From: a virus
Taxonomy: Duplodnaviria; Caudoviricetes
Length of the DNA stretch: 58,793 nucleotides
Direction: 5' to 3' (one strand)
Virus record (IMG/VR): IMGVR_UViG_3300017786_003035
Span: 1-58,793 of that record
The translations under genes were made by a program, and so were the position numbers. Under the pieces are notes generated by a model, which was not told the origin of the DNA, made no database searches, and was given only the letters and a program-made list of their open reading frames with translations. Shown here one piece after another: positions 35,576-46,500 of the stretch. Position 1 is the first letter of the stretch, and each line of letters starts with the position of its first letter.

Positions 35576-37276
35576 TTAAACGCCAGCTAATTGCTGAATT
35601 CTAGCCATTTCATCGTCTTGCCCTTTAAGTAATTCTACCATTACTTTCTGGGCTTCTTCAACAGCATTATCACCATACTTCTTTTGTACTGATGTTATTA
35701 CTGCTGTTTCTCCTTTCGGAAAACTATTTTCAACGTAGTCGTACATGCTTTTAACATATTCATCTAGTTCGACATCGTTCTTTTGTTCTATTTCACTATC
35801 TGGTGCTGAATCACTATCAGCTAAAATTTTATCTGCTGTAGCTTTATTCATTGTACATTTATGCATTTTACCAGAACCTTCTGGATATTCAAATTCTTTA
35901 CCACCTTTTGACGCACAGTCAGCCGCCGCCATTTTATAATCTTCAAATGCTTGATCTTCATCAAACCCTAATTCAACGTTAGGTTCTTCTTCGTGCTTCG
36001 AATTAGAAATAATACTATCTAAATGTGTTTCAAATGATTCATCAGGATCAAGTCCTTCGTCTGCGTCATGAATACCGTTGCCATTATCGTCAACCCAATG
36101 TTCGCCGTTTTCGTCATGTACATCATGTTCGCAGTTTGTAGTAGGATTATGCATTGTATCTCCACAATCTTTACAATGATACTCACTGCCCATAGCTTCA
36201 GTTTTTTCTTTGCCTTTCATGCTCGACTTGTCAAAGCCTGTGTTATCACATTCTTTACATCCTTTGCCTTCACACTCGTCGCATAGATGTTTTCCAGTAC
36301 CTTCGCCTAGTAAATCATCTGGACCTAGCTCTTGTGTTTTGTTTGCTTCACTTACTAATTTATATACGTAAGGAAATACATCTTTCAATTCTTCGTTGAA
36401 CTGTTTGATTGTTAATTGTGCTGTCCAGTCTGTAGCAATATCTTCTGGAACATCTTCTAGTACGGAAGAAGTAAAGTTCTCAGTCATCTCTTTATACTTA
36501 GACGGCTTTTGGATATTTTCAATAGTCTTTTTAACTGTGTTTAATCTGTCGTTAACAACATCCATATAACCTGATAAACCTTCAGCCATTACACTTGAGC
36601 GATTCATGTATGTCTTAAATTTACGTAGTTTGTTTAATTCTTCTGAAAGTCCAGTAACATGTTTACCGAAGTCATCATATGGCTTTCCGCCTTCACTGAC
36701 ATGTTGTGCCATTGCTCTAGCACCGTTAAGGTGTTTGAACGGATATTTAAATCTTTCGCCTTCGTTGCTTTCGATATAAATTCCAGCAATACTAGTATTA
36801 CGTCCTGTTGCTGATTCTTGGTTAATTGGCGCAGAATGTTTTACTACCATTCTTGCTGATCCAATGTTTTGAAAACTAGTTCTACTAGTTCCATATAGTT
36901 TTGACTCGCTCATTTGTTTCTCCGTACTAAGGTATTCATAATCTCTTTTATCTAGGTTAGACTTTGTAATATCTCTTGTATCAAAATTTAACATTCTTTT
37001 CTTAGAAAATGCTCTTACTTCTTTTAAAAAATCAAACCATTTGTTTTTTAAAACATCTTCGCCTTCGCTGAATAAGTTTTTGCTATACATAATAGTAAGA
37101 CTGTCTTTGTCTAAGTTGATACTTACTTTTTTACCTGGTACAAAATCAAATTCAAAGAATCTTGCTTCTTTTACATCATTAGTAATCTCAGCAGATTCGT
37201 TACCAACTGTAACACTAGGGAATCTTCCTCTAATTTTGTTGAATAGCTCATTTGATATTGTGTCAAGGTTTATCAT
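35576..37276 (-). CDS. Large late hypothetical protein (candidate internal head protein)
   Basis: 566 aa; TAAATA 5 nt before ATG; acidic C-terminal half with small Cys/His modules. Confidence 0.65.
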   Translation of the reverse strand: MINLDTISNELFNKIRGRFPSVTVGNESAEITNDVKEARFFEFDFVPGKKVSINLDKDSLTIMYSKNLFSEGEDVLKNKWFDFLKEVRAFSKKRMLNFDTRDITKSNLDKRDYEYLSTEKQMSESKLYGTSRTSFQNIGSARMVVKHSAPINQESATGRNTSIAGIYIESNEGERFKYPFKHLNGARAMAQHVSEGGKPYDDFGKHVTGLSEELNKLRKFKTYMNRSSVMAEGLSGYMDVVNDRLNTVKKTIENIQKPSKYKEMTENFTSSVLEDVPEDIATDWTAQLTIKQFNEELKDVFPYVYKLVSEANKTQELGPDDLLGEGTGKHLCDECEGKGCKECDNTGFDKSSMKGKEKTEAMGSEYHCKDCGDTMHNPTTNCEHDVHDENGEHWVDDNGNGIHDADEGLDPDESFETHLDSIISNSKHEEEPNVELGFDEDQAFEDYKMAAADCASKGGKEFEYPEGSGKMHKCTMNKATADKILADSDSAPDSEIEQKNDVELDEYVKSMYDYVENSFPKGETAVITSVQKKYGDNAVEEAQKVMVELLKGQDDEMARIQQLAGV

Positions 37277-37289
37277 AATAATATTTATC

Positions 37290-38873
37290 CTAATAGCCGC
37301 CTGTTACGAAAATCGGCATTGGTGGTTCATAGTCTTCATAATCCGATTCTGTTTGGTTAAATGTGTTATAAATTCGTGGATCCCAATCTTTTAGTACACT
37401 CATCATTCTTAAAGCAAGTAAAGTAGCACTTACTAGATCATCTGTACCCCCTGGTTTTGCTTTAAAACTTGTTCCTGTAGCAACAAACGATTTTAGTTCG
37501 GTTATCAATACTTTACTGTTTATTTCAAGTTTATTATTCTCAACCATAGTTTTTAAACGACTACATGCTGTAATCTTAGTACCGTGTGTAGTATTAAATC
37601 CTTTGCGGAACTTACGTACATGTCCTTTACGCATAGGTTCACTTACAAATAGTCCGGGTATATTTTCTTCTCCAAAATCGTTAATAACAATAAGTGCGGC
37701 TTCTCCAATACTATTGTTTTCAACACTCCAGTATATATTGCTACCGCTATTGCCACAAGACTCTTTAAGATGAGTACATATATCTGTTAGTATACGAATC
37801 TGTTGTGGGATCGGTGTTTCGTTATGACGCCATTCAGCAACTTGTTTGTAACTAGGAAGTTCAAACACTTGTATTGCGGCATAGTCTCCGCCTGTACCCA
37901 TACTAGGGTCTAATGCCACAGCATAATTTTCTTCAGGGGATGGTTTTGCGTACCAGCGTGTTTGTCCCATGTTCATTATAGGCTCTGTGCCTTCCATAGA
38001 TGACAACTTGATACTATTAATAAGTGTTTCATCAAATACTAAGAATTCACAACCGTATTCGCGTCTAAATCTTTCTTCGCCAATTCTACCAACTTCAGTT
38101 TCTTTCCATTCTTCGTCTCTATCAGGATGTTCGTCCCAACTACATGTAAATCCATGAAATCCATTTTCACCTAAATCTTGTTCATTACCGTGTGCGTCAA
38201 ACTTATTTTGAGAGCCTTTCCAGATAGTAGCAAACGTATCTTCGTCTGAATTAGGTGTACTTGTAATAATAGCACGACCACCTGTTGCTAGTGTAGGTGA
38301 TATTGATGTCCAAAATTCATCGGCAATTCCTGGGTTAACAAACGCAAACTCATCACAGTATAATAATGATATAGACATACCACGTCCTGTATTACCTGTT
38401 GTTGTAGCACTAACAATACGTGATCCGTTTTCAAACTCGATACTTCCTTTATTATAACTTGTAACTCCTGCTCTAATATGATCAGGACATGTTTCGTAAA
38501 CATATCGTATACGTTGCATAATTTCTTGGGCACCACTGTACTTGTGTGCGGCGATTAGAATAGTTTGATCAGGATGAAACATAGCATACCATGTAAGATA
38601 AACTGCGGCAGTAGTTGTCTTACCTGTTTGCCTAGGCAACATGTTTATATTAAATCTAAATTGGTGATATGATTCTAGTAATCTTTCTTGGTACTGATAA
38701 GGATCGAATAATAATTTACCTTTTACAGGATGTTGTATAAAAGCAAAATGTTTAGCAAAGTGTAGATAGCCTAAATCCTCATCCATACAATTCATCATGT
38801 CTTGGATCTGCTGTTCAGAGAACTTTTCTCTAGTATTTGCCTTTTTGGTGAGGACGCCGTCTAAACTCTTCAT
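37290..38873 (-). CDS. 17: Terminase large subunit (T4 gp17-like)
   Basis: PRQTGKTT, CDEFAF, TSTPN, REYGCEF, DPSMG.G.DY, VENN, DDLV. Confidence 0.96.
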   Translation of the reverse strand: MKSLDGVLTKKANTREKFSEQQIQDMMNCMDEDLGYLHFAKHFAFIQHPVKGKLLFDPYQYQERLLESYHQFRFNINMLPRQTGKTTTAAVYLTWYAMFHPDQTILIAAHKYSGAQEIMQRIRYVYETCPDHIRAGVTSYNKGSIEFENGSRIVSATTTGNTGRGMSISLLYCDEFAFVNPGIADEFWTSISPTLATGGRAIITSTPNSDEDTFATIWKGSQNKFDAHGNEQDLGENGFHGFTCSWDEHPDRDEEWKETEVGRIGEERFRREYGCEFLVFDETLINSIKLSSMEGTEPIMNMGQTRWYAKPSPEENYAVALDPSMGTGGDYAAIQVFELPSYKQVAEWRHNETPIPQQIRILTDICTHLKESCGNSGSNIYWSVENNSIGEAALIVINDFGEENIPGLFVSEPMRKGHVRKFRKGFNTTHGTKITACSRLKTMVENNKLEINSKVLITELKSFVATGTSFKAKPGGTDDLVSATLLALRMMSVLKDWDPRIYNTFNQTESDYEDYEPPMPIFVTGGY

Positions 38874-38887
38874 ATTAGTATTTAACC

Positions 38888-38914
38888 AAAAAAATAGGAC
38901 CCGAAGGTCCTATT
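38888..38914 (-). terminator. Intrinsic terminator with UUCG tetraloop
   Basis: Minus strand AATAGGACC-TTCG-GGTCCTATT followed by a T tract; TAAATA box (38879-38884) immediately downstream. Confidence 0.9.
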
Positions 38915-38926
38915 GAATATTATTAA

Positions 38927-39628
38927 TTAGCTTTGATATTTTTTATAATGTGAATTTAATTCTTCTTTAATCTTGTCTTTTAGTGCCATTGGATTATCTC
39001 CGCCTGCTACTTTTGGATAAGATTTTTTCGACTTATTAAGATCATTAGTCGGTGGATTTGTCATATCAGTATATGGAGCATATTCTTCCCCTGGCTCATT
39101 AGCATAATCTTCTGATGCTTCTGTATCAAGGCCTGCTCTTGCTTTTAATGAATTTAAGTCATCATCGCCTAGCTCTGGATTTACTTCAATGTCTTCCATT
39201 CCACAGCCGCCTGTTTTAAGATCCATATCACCTGGCTTATCATCTTTACCTGGAATTTCTGGATCATCTACAGGTGTTCCTGTCATTATTTTTGGCATTG
39301 ATAATTTTGGCATTTCTTTGTCTGCCATTCCTGCGTTACCTAAGCCTGCGTTTTTCATCATATCTAATAAATCAGCTACATGATCTTTACCACTTGCGTT
39401 TAATGATATATTCATTGTTACCGGATTGCCTTTGTCCATTTCTGGAGCCATAGGCGCTGGCATTGGAAGTGATCCTTCATCTACTGACTCAGTTAGTTTA
39501 GTACCTTTTTCAACAGCATCAAAACCTTCTAAGATATTTTTCATATCGCTAAAGTTAGTATCGCCTTTGAAAGGTTTATTACCTACTGATGCGGCATCCA
39601 TATTTTGTAAGATTTTTTTCATATCCAT
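38927..39628 (-). CDS. Hypothetical protein (low complexity, candidate head-associated)
   Basis: 233-aa M/D/P-rich ORF with GGAG SD in the late cluster. Confidence 0.65.
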   Translation of the reverse strand: MDMKKILQNMDAASVGNKPFKGDTNFSDMKNILEGFDAVEKGTKLTESVDEGSLPMPAPMAPEMDKGNPVTMNISLNASGKDHVADLLDMMKNAGLGNAGMADKEMPKLSMPKIMTGTPVDDPEIPGKDDKPGDMDLKTGGCGMEDIEVNPELGDDDLNSLKARAGLDTEASEDYANEPGEEYAPYTDMTNPPTNDLNKSKKSYPKVAGGDNPMALKDKIKEELNSHYKKYQS

Positions 39629-40194
39629 TATTTACTCCCTACTGGAGACTTGGTGCCTTCAGTGTCTGTTATGTCTGTTGTATCGCCTGCTTTAACATCG
39701 GCAATTGGGCTATACTCGTTGGATTTGCGAGCAACCTCTAATTCTTGTAAAAGATCCATTACTCTATTTGCGCCAACATGGTCTTGTGCTTTTGGATCAG
39801 CTTGTTCCATTTCTTCTTTAGTAAGTCTTGCTTCGTATGGAGCATCATCTTTTGGTTCTTGATATGCTTCAATTGGATCATTAACTGATCTAACAACAAT
39901 GTTAGCTGGTGAACAGTTACAACATTGGGCAATGTACTCACCTAACACTTGTGGAGTAGTAGGATAGTTTAGTGCTACTTCATAATGAGTAACTTCTATG
40001 TTTTGTAACTTTGGAAAGTCTAATGGACGTTCTTGTATTGGTGTTTTCTTTCCAGGACTCATTGACGCTACACTATAACGTTGTAAGCACCCTTCTAGAC
40101 TGTCAGTAAAATCTTCTGACATCTCACCGGCAACGCCGATTTTAAATTCATATACTTTTTTTGCTTCTGCGAGGTATTTTTCAAACATGTTCAT
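39628..40194 (-). CDS. Hypothetical protein
   Basis: 188-aa ORF; FEKYLAE, KTPIQE.PLDFP.L, YP motifs. Confidence 0.7.
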   Translation of the reverse strand: MNMFEKYLAEAKKVYEFKIGVAGEMSEDFTDSLEGCLQRYSVASMSPGKKTPIQERPLDFPKLQNIEVTHYEVALNYPTTPQVLGEYIAQCCNCSPANIVVRSVNDPIEAYQEPKDDAPYEARLTKEEMEQADPKAQDHVGANRVMDLLQELEVARKSNEYSPIADVKAGDTTDITDTEGTKSPVGSK

Positions 40195-40207
40195 TCCCTA
40201 TTATTAA

Positions 40208-40696
40208 TTATTTATCCATATTCTTAAGTTTTTCTAGCAGACTATTGCGGTCAGTAATGATGGCTCCTTCGCCTTGTACAATGCCACCGTCATCAATACC
40301 GCCGTCTTTATCCATTTTCTCTTTTTTAAGTTGTAGGTCAATCATTTTTAATTTCTTGTCCATTTTAGCAACTTTAGCATCTAGTGATGTTTTTAACATA
40401 CCACCTGCTACTTCAAAAACTCTACTAGCGTAACGTGATTCGACATTCATGCCTAAGTCCATTAGATCATCATAAGCTGTTAATGCTCGTTGTGCTATAT
40501 CATTAAGTTCTTCATCTGCTTTTTCGCCAAGACCTTTTACTGCTGGTAATGCTCCAGCAATCTTATCAAATTCAGCAATATCTCGCAACGTATCATTTTG
40601 TTGCTGTATTACATCCTTTTTTTCTTTTTTCTGTTCTTTTTTGATTATATCCTTGCTATCAGGTAAATCAAGTAAGTCTTCTAATTTCTTGGTCAT
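40208..40696 (-). CDS. Putative terminase small subunit (T4 gp16-like)
   Basis: Helical ~160 aa with R.FEVA..MLK..LD pattern; located near terL and gp4. Confidence 0.5.
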   Translation of the reverse strand: MTKKLEDLLDLPDSKDIIKKEQKKEKKDVIQQQNDTLRDIAEFDKIAGALPAVKGLGEKADEELNDIAQRALTAYDDLMDLGMNVESRYASRVFEVAGGMLKTSLDAKVAKMDKKLKMIDLQLKKEKMDKDGGIDDGGIVQGEGAIITDRNSLLEKLKNMDK

Positions 40697-40738
40697 TGGT
40701 CTCTCATTATATGCTACTATTATATTTAGCTAAACTAT

Positions 40739-41176
40739 TTAGGTACGTGATCCTTGATGGAACATATCCTTTTCGGTAATAACTCTAAAATTAATGCCTT
40801 TAGACTTAGCATATGCTCTTGCGGCTTCCCACTTTGCCATATTTAGTGCTACGTGTGCTTGATTATGTTTTGAGTTTCCGGCGTTTTCCATTGTAACTTG
40901 TTTGTCTGGTTTTACTTCAATAAGTTCAACCATATTTTTACCTTTTTTAGTTTTATACTGTATAAAGAAGTCCGGAACGTATACTGTATGTCTACCGGTA
41001 AATGGATTTCTATAAGGAATTTTTACTGCTTCACTAGCCCAAGCCTGAATTGCCGGATTTTCATCGCAAAATTTCATAAACGCAAACTCCCAACTACTTC
41101 TGTATGATGGTGTTTTACGTCCTACATATTTGTCAGGATTTTTAATATTATATTTGCCTTGAGCAAACTTGGCCAT
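40739..41176 (-). CDS. 4: Head completion nuclease (T4 gp4, TnsA-like)
   Basis: NP.KY.G, YRSSWE, W.SE...IPY, Y.PDF, IEVKP, AKW.AA, F.VITE. Confidence 0.9.
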   Translation of the reverse strand: MAKFAQGKYNIKNPDKYVGRKTPSYRSSWEFAFMKFCDENPAIQAWASEAVKIPYRNPFTGRHTVYVPDFFIQYKTKKGKNMVELIEVKPDKQVTMENAGNSKHNQAHVALNMAKWEAARAYAKSKGINFRVITEKDMFHQGSRT

Positions 41177-41180
41177 AGGA

Positions 41181-41561
41181 CTAACCTACTAAGTTTCTTG
41201 CTTCTACAGGAGTTGTAGTATTATCAACTCTAAATCCTAAACTACTAATTCGTTGTCTATTAAAGTTAATAACTTGGGCAACTGTAAAACTTAATTGTAG
41301 TTTATTAAGGCCACCTAATGTGTCTATTAATTCAAATACTTTTAAACCGTCAATTTTTGCTTGTTGTAAAAGTATTGCTCCCGTAGATTTTGCCGCTTCT
41401 TTATCAAACCCTTTGTTTTCTAAAAATCCAATAACAGCATCAACTTCGTTACTTGGATATGCTAATTGTTTAGCGTAAAATGTGTTGAATATCTTTTTAG
41501 TTTGGCTTTGACTATCTAAGTTATCTGGTTTACGGGGTAAATTTAATTCAATTGAACTCAT
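41181..41561 (-). CDS. Hypothetical protein
   Basis: 126-aa ORF with AGGAG SD in the late operon. Confidence 0.7.
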   Translation of the reverse strand: MSSIELNLPRKPDNLDSQSQTKKIFNTFYAKQLAYPSNEVDAVIGFLENKGFDKEAAKSTGAILLQQAKIDGLKVFELIDTLGGLNKLQLSFTVAQVINFNRQRISSLGFRVDNTTTPVEARNLVG

Positions 41562-41573
41562 TTTATATTACTC

Positions 41574-42794
41574 CTAAGGCCCTATGTATCCAGGGTCAGT
41601 ATATCTTGGACCACTAGAAGAACTAGACGAGCTTGATGATGTCTTTGAAGTTTCTCCGCCACCTGGGTTAGCACTATTAATAAGTTTACCTATGCCAACC
41701 ACGCCAGCGGCAAGCGCGGCTGTTTTAAAGTCACCGCTTCCACCTGTTGGAAATGCTAGTCCTGCTACACCACTTACATCTACTCCAGATGCTTTACCTA
41801 GTGCGTTAAGACTCTTGCCAATTAGTTCGCCTTTAATTCCTGACGCATCTAAATTTCCTGCGTTCTTAATAGTATTAGCGGCTCTTAGTACTGTACCAAA
41901 ATCTGCTTTACCACCGGTAATGTCATCTATAACACCAAAGCCACCTGCTAGTACTCCGCCTACACCTAGTAAGCTAGATGCTCCGCCGCCACCTAATGAA
42001 TTTGGACTTGGTGTTTTATCGTAATGTTCGTCACCGAATCCTTTAGGACCATTTTTCATTGAACCTCTGCTATAGTGTACTGTTTCATATTCAACAGTCA
42101 TTGAATTGCTAACAGGGTCACTTGCTGAGTAATCCATAGTATCGTGTTGCCACTGACTAATAATAGGATTAATTAATGTCATTGTAGTATAACGTTTTCT
42201 TGACATTTGAGAAATTTGTATACTTGTAAAAAAAGGTTCAGCACTATCATTATCAAAACCGTATCTGTATTGTTTTTCTGAAAATAATGTACCACTAGCG
42301 TATTGTTCACTAAAACTTGGTTTATTAGTCGCATACTCCGGTATTGTAGGATCAGGTGCTCCCGCAGGATTTACTTTAGCATAGTTACCATCTCTGTAAT
42401 AGTATCTGTAGTATGCTTCCCACAATGCTGTAGTAACACCATAGTTGTCATCATGAAAAGTTATACTAACTGGTTGGTAGTCTATACGTTTTTGTACTAC
42501 TTTTTTTCTGTTGTATTGGTTAATAACATCTGTTTGAATATTAAACGCTGGTAGTTGTGCTGATTTTACAAGCATGCCTATTTCGTTCATATGTTTTTGT
42601 GCTAACTGAGGAATAACTGCAGAAGACTTAGGGTTAATATTAAATGTAACGTGATAAAGAAATTTTACCTTAGGGGCTAATCTTTGATTATCATCAACAA
42701 ACATTCTCGCCGCATGGGCAAAGTCACCTAAATTGCCTTTAGGGCTTAAAGCACCACTTGCTACGTTATCTAAAAATCCGTTTAAAAAGCTCAT
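41574..42794 (-). CDS. Tail-tube-related baseplate protein (gp54/gp48-like)
   Basis: VKSAQLP, NQYNRK, Y.PV.ITFHDD, L.NP.I, M...YE tube-fold pattern; Gly-rich C-terminal region; adjacent to the tube gene. Confidence 0.6.
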   Translation of the reverse strand: MSFLNGFLDNVASGALSPKGNLGDFAHAARMFVDDNQRLAPKVKFLYHVTFNINPKSSAVIPQLAQKHMNEIGMLVKSAQLPAFNIQTDVINQYNRKKVVQKRIDYQPVSITFHDDNYGVTTALWEAYYRYYYRDGNYAKVNPAGAPDPTIPEYATNKPSFSEQYASGTLFSEKQYRYGFDNDSAEPFFTSIQISQMSRKRYTTMTLINPIISQWQHDTMDYSASDPVSNSMTVEYETVHYSRGSMKNGPKGFGDEHYDKTPSPNSLGGGGASSLLGVGGVLAGGFGVIDDITGGKADFGTVLRAANTIKNAGNLDASGIKGELIGKSLNALGKASGVDVSGVAGLAFPTGGSGDFKTAALAAGVVGIGKLINSANPGGGETSKTSSSSSSSSSGPRYTDPGYIGP

Positions 42795-42840
42795 GCAAAT
42801 ATTTATCCAATTGAATAAAGTGAGTAGATAATTCGGTCAT

Positions 42841-42867
42841 AAAAAAAGGGACATAAAAATGCCCCTT
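42841..42867 (-). terminator. Intrinsic terminator after tail tube gene
   Basis: Minus strand AAGGGGCAT-TTTT-ATGTCCCTT followed by a T tract. Confidence 0.8.
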
Positions 42868-42897
42868 AATTTATTAATTTATAATGCTAAATTTTGT

Positions 42898-43527
42898 TTA
42901 TGCCGCGCCACCGCCTGTGATAGCAGTGTTAACTGTTCTACCAATAGCTGTGCCAATGCCTGTACCTTGTGGTGATTGGATAGCGTTATCATAACGTATT
43001 GTTAAAGTCACTGTTGCTACTTCTGATGTTGCGTAGTTTAGTGAATTATAATTTGCGCTTGATAGATAACAACCATACAATTCAAATGTTTCTAGTACAC
43101 CTGCTGTGTTTGCTCCGTTACCACCGTCTAAGATTTCAATTCTAGTTACAAACTTATAATCTGCTCCACTTGCAGCACTTGACTGTTCGAAGAAATCAAA
43201 TTGTTTCTGTAATTGTTCGCCAACTAGTTTTTGTACGTTGTTACTTACATCTTCACGTAAGTTCAATGTAATTGGATCCCATGTATGTTTACCAGCTAAA
43301 AAGACTTTGGAGTTGTAAATATCCACTGTCATATCTTCAAATGTTACGTTAGGTCTTGTTACGTCCATTACTTGCTTTGTAAGCTCAGTCGATGGACTCG
43401 AAACACCAAAGTTTTCTAATGATACTCTAAAGCGGTATTGTAGCTTAGGCATTAACAAGCCCTGATTAGAAGCACTCGCGTTACTATCTAGTGGTACTGT
43501 TAATTTTGAAAGTGTTGAAATTGCCAT
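42898..43527 (-). CDS. 19: Tail tube protein (T4 gp19-like)
   Basis: RFRV, RP, AGK.TW..ITL, LYGC, L.Y, TIRYD; follows the sheath gene; TAAATA plus AGGAG upstream. Confidence 0.85.
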   Translation of the reverse strand: MAISTLSKLTVPLDSNASASNQGLLMPKLQYRFRVSLENFGVSSPSTELTKQVMDVTRPNVTFEDMTVDIYNSKVFLAGKHTWDPITLNLREDVSNNVQKLVGEQLQKQFDFFEQSSAASGADYKFVTRIEILDGGNGANTAGVLETFELYGCYLSSANYNSLNYATSEVATVTLTIRYDNAIQSPQGTGIGTAIGRTVNTAITGGGAA

Positions 43528-43557
43528 TATATACTCCTGTTACTTTTATTTATCAAC

Positions 43558-46500
43558 TTATAGTCCTGAAATTTCACCAGTGTTTTTAAGTCTTAACGGA
43601 ATGTAAATAAACTCAACTGCTTTTACAGGTTCAATAGCAATATCAACATATAGTTCATTTCTATCAATTCTGTTTGGCGTGTTGTTGCTTTCATCACATA
43701 CAACTAAGAAGTCATATAATGCTCTTTGCGATACTAGCTCTAGCATTAAACTGTCTACTTGTGCTTTCATTTCATCTCTTGTAATTTTATCGTTAGGCTC
43801 AAAGATGTAAGGTTTAGCAAGTTTCTTAAGTTGTGATCTTAAGTAAATTACTAGTCTTGCTACATTAATTCTATCTAACGCACTTGCATTTCTTGCTCTA
43901 GTCTTCTGACCAAAGTTAACAAGTCCTGCTCCTGTTAAGAATGTAATAGGGTTAATACTATTACTGTAAAGTGTATCACGCTGTCCTTCGTTTAGCGCAA
44001 TTGACTTAAATTCGCCTTCGTTATCAATAAAGCCTGACGCTGTTGCGTTAGTAATGCCACCACGTCTTGTTCCTGCTGGAGCAAACCATGGAAACGATAC
44101 TTGATCGCTTAGTGCCAATGTTCTAATAATACCGTGACTTGGTGGAACAACAACGTTGTTACCTGCGTTATCACTTGTAAATAAGCTCGGATAGAACATA
44201 CCTAAGTATTCGTCTCTACTTGGTGCGCCTTCGTCATTGTCTTCAACTGCTAGTGCTGTGTTTGCGCCCCAGTTATTTAATGATGTAGCATCACTAGTTA
44301 ATCTAAACGGAGTATCACCAACAACAAATGCTGTTAATCCTCTATCGTAGTTTAGACTTACCATTTCACCAATTAGTTCTGGATACCCTGGAGTTGCCAT
44401 AACGTTAAACAGTCTTGATTCATCATCTCTAATTTCTTGGTTACTGTTAACCATTGCTTGTAGAGCTTGAATAATAACTTTACGTTGTGCTTTACGTCCA
44501 AAGCTACCTGCGCCGTTTGATTGATTAGCACTTTCAGTAGTCCATCTGTGTGGATAATATAATGCCTGACTTACGTCACCTTGACGAACGTTTTTAGCTG
44601 TTGTGTCAACAAAGTTACGTTGGAACTTCTTAACATTAAAGCCTGAACGTCTTAGGTTCCATAGCAACATACCTTTTGGATATAGTGCTGGATCAGGAGC
44701 GTCTGTGTCTAAGAAATCACTAACTAGTAATTCCTTAATTGTTCCTGCTGGAGCAACTGTTGCTGTTCCGCCAGTTGTACCATAACGTGCGTCAGCAAAT
44801 AAAATACCATCTTCTGAAGATTGATCACCTTCATCTAATGCTAACCATTTTGCTAAGTCTGCGTTATATTTGTGTACTTGTGGATAGTTTTCTAAGTCTG
44901 CTGTTGATACCCAAATATCACCTGTTACTAGTGGTGTAGTATCTGACTGTTGTGTAGGCTCAGTAGCACTTACAATTGGTCCTTCTGGATCAGCCGCTGG
45001 ATATACGTTTGCGTAACCTTTCCATGTAGTGCCATCATGTATCATCATGTCTACTTCGTCAACAATTGAACTATACCATAGTCTACCGTCTGTAGTTAAT
45101 GCTGTTGGAGCATCTGCGCTTGCTGTTTGAGTTAAGATTTTCCAATTTGAAGCGTGGAAGTCATAAGTAGCATCACCTGCTGGAGCCGCATATAAGTTTG
45201 CTGTTCCTGCTTTTGTTGTGTAGTTATAAGCCGCAAAACCAATACCAGCAAATAAGCTGTTTGTATCTTTAATGCGGATTTCACCACCTGCTGAGTGTGT
45301 AATTACAACTCTGTTACTTGCGTCTACGCTTGCTACAATATTTTCAAATCCTGCCGCGTTAATTGCGTCAGCAATTAAGTCTGCGTCACTTGCCGCACCT
45401 GTTGCTGTTACACTTAATGCTTTACCTGTTTGAATTGCAGCTTTTGTTGGATCACTTTCTGCCATTTGGAAACCATATGACTGAGCAGTTAATGAACTTG
45501 ATGTAATTGCTGAAGAAGTAATAGTAGTTGCGCCTGAAGCGTTTCTAGCCATGATAGTAAAATCAAATTCTTCATTTTCATTTTCGCTTACGTGTGCTTG
45601 TACATATAACTGTGCTAATGCTAAGTTAGATCCGCCACCTGTTTTGTCTAAGTTATAAATTGCTTCTTGATGCGTTTTATAAACTGGTGCTGATTTCTCT
45701 TCCCATAACTGTGTTGTACCGTTGAAAATTTTAACTTTCATTTGTACACCTAAGTTAGCGTCTGTAGTTTTGAACCAAATACTTCCTGTAGGTCTTGTTT
45801 TTGTATCTGCTGTTTTAAACTCAGGTACTTGTGTATGTGGTTTAATTTCTAATGCTGGAGCATAACTAACACCTGCTGTTAGACCTAAGTCTGCTAGTAG
45901 TGTTCCTGATGCGCCTGCTGATAATACAATAGCACCATCGTCATCTGTTGATCCATCAGTTGTTGATGATCCATCACTATAAATGTATAGTTTGCCATCT
46001 ACTGCCGCCGCCGATACACCTGTAATGCCTGCGCCTGTAATATCTAACGCCATTTGTGTTGCTGTTGTACCTGTTGCCGCAACTGTTGTTCCATTAATAC
46101 CAATAGTTTGTGCTATTGTTAATGTTGGATTTGAAACTGTTGCTTGTACAGTTGGCCAACTCTTGACCCAGTCTGCTGATCCTACTTTAACCCATGCTCC
46201 TGAGCTATTTTTGTAGTACACTTTATTAACAGTTGTTGTTGCTACAATAGCGTAGTTTCCTACAGCACCTACTGACCCTTTTGGAGCACCTGTGTTTTGT
46301 TCTCCAACTAGGTTAACTTTATTTGTAATAACAAGTGGTACTTTATTTGTAAATGACTGGCCACCAGTTACAGTCACAGCATTGCCGTTCCACTCAAATA
46401 TTCCGTATTTTGTTAAGGCAGTGTCAAACCACCATGTTCCGTTAGCTGGAGTTGCCGCAGGAGCACTTGAACTAGGTTCAATCTCTGATAAATTAATATC

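Noticed and set aside
2002-38873. Inteins or introns in helicase, UvsW, UvsX or terminase
   Set aside because: All have normal lengths with contiguous motifs.
41600-41660. Poly-Ser tract at the end of the tube-related protein
   Set aside because: Encoded by mixed codons; an ordinary low-complexity linker, not a slippage repeat.
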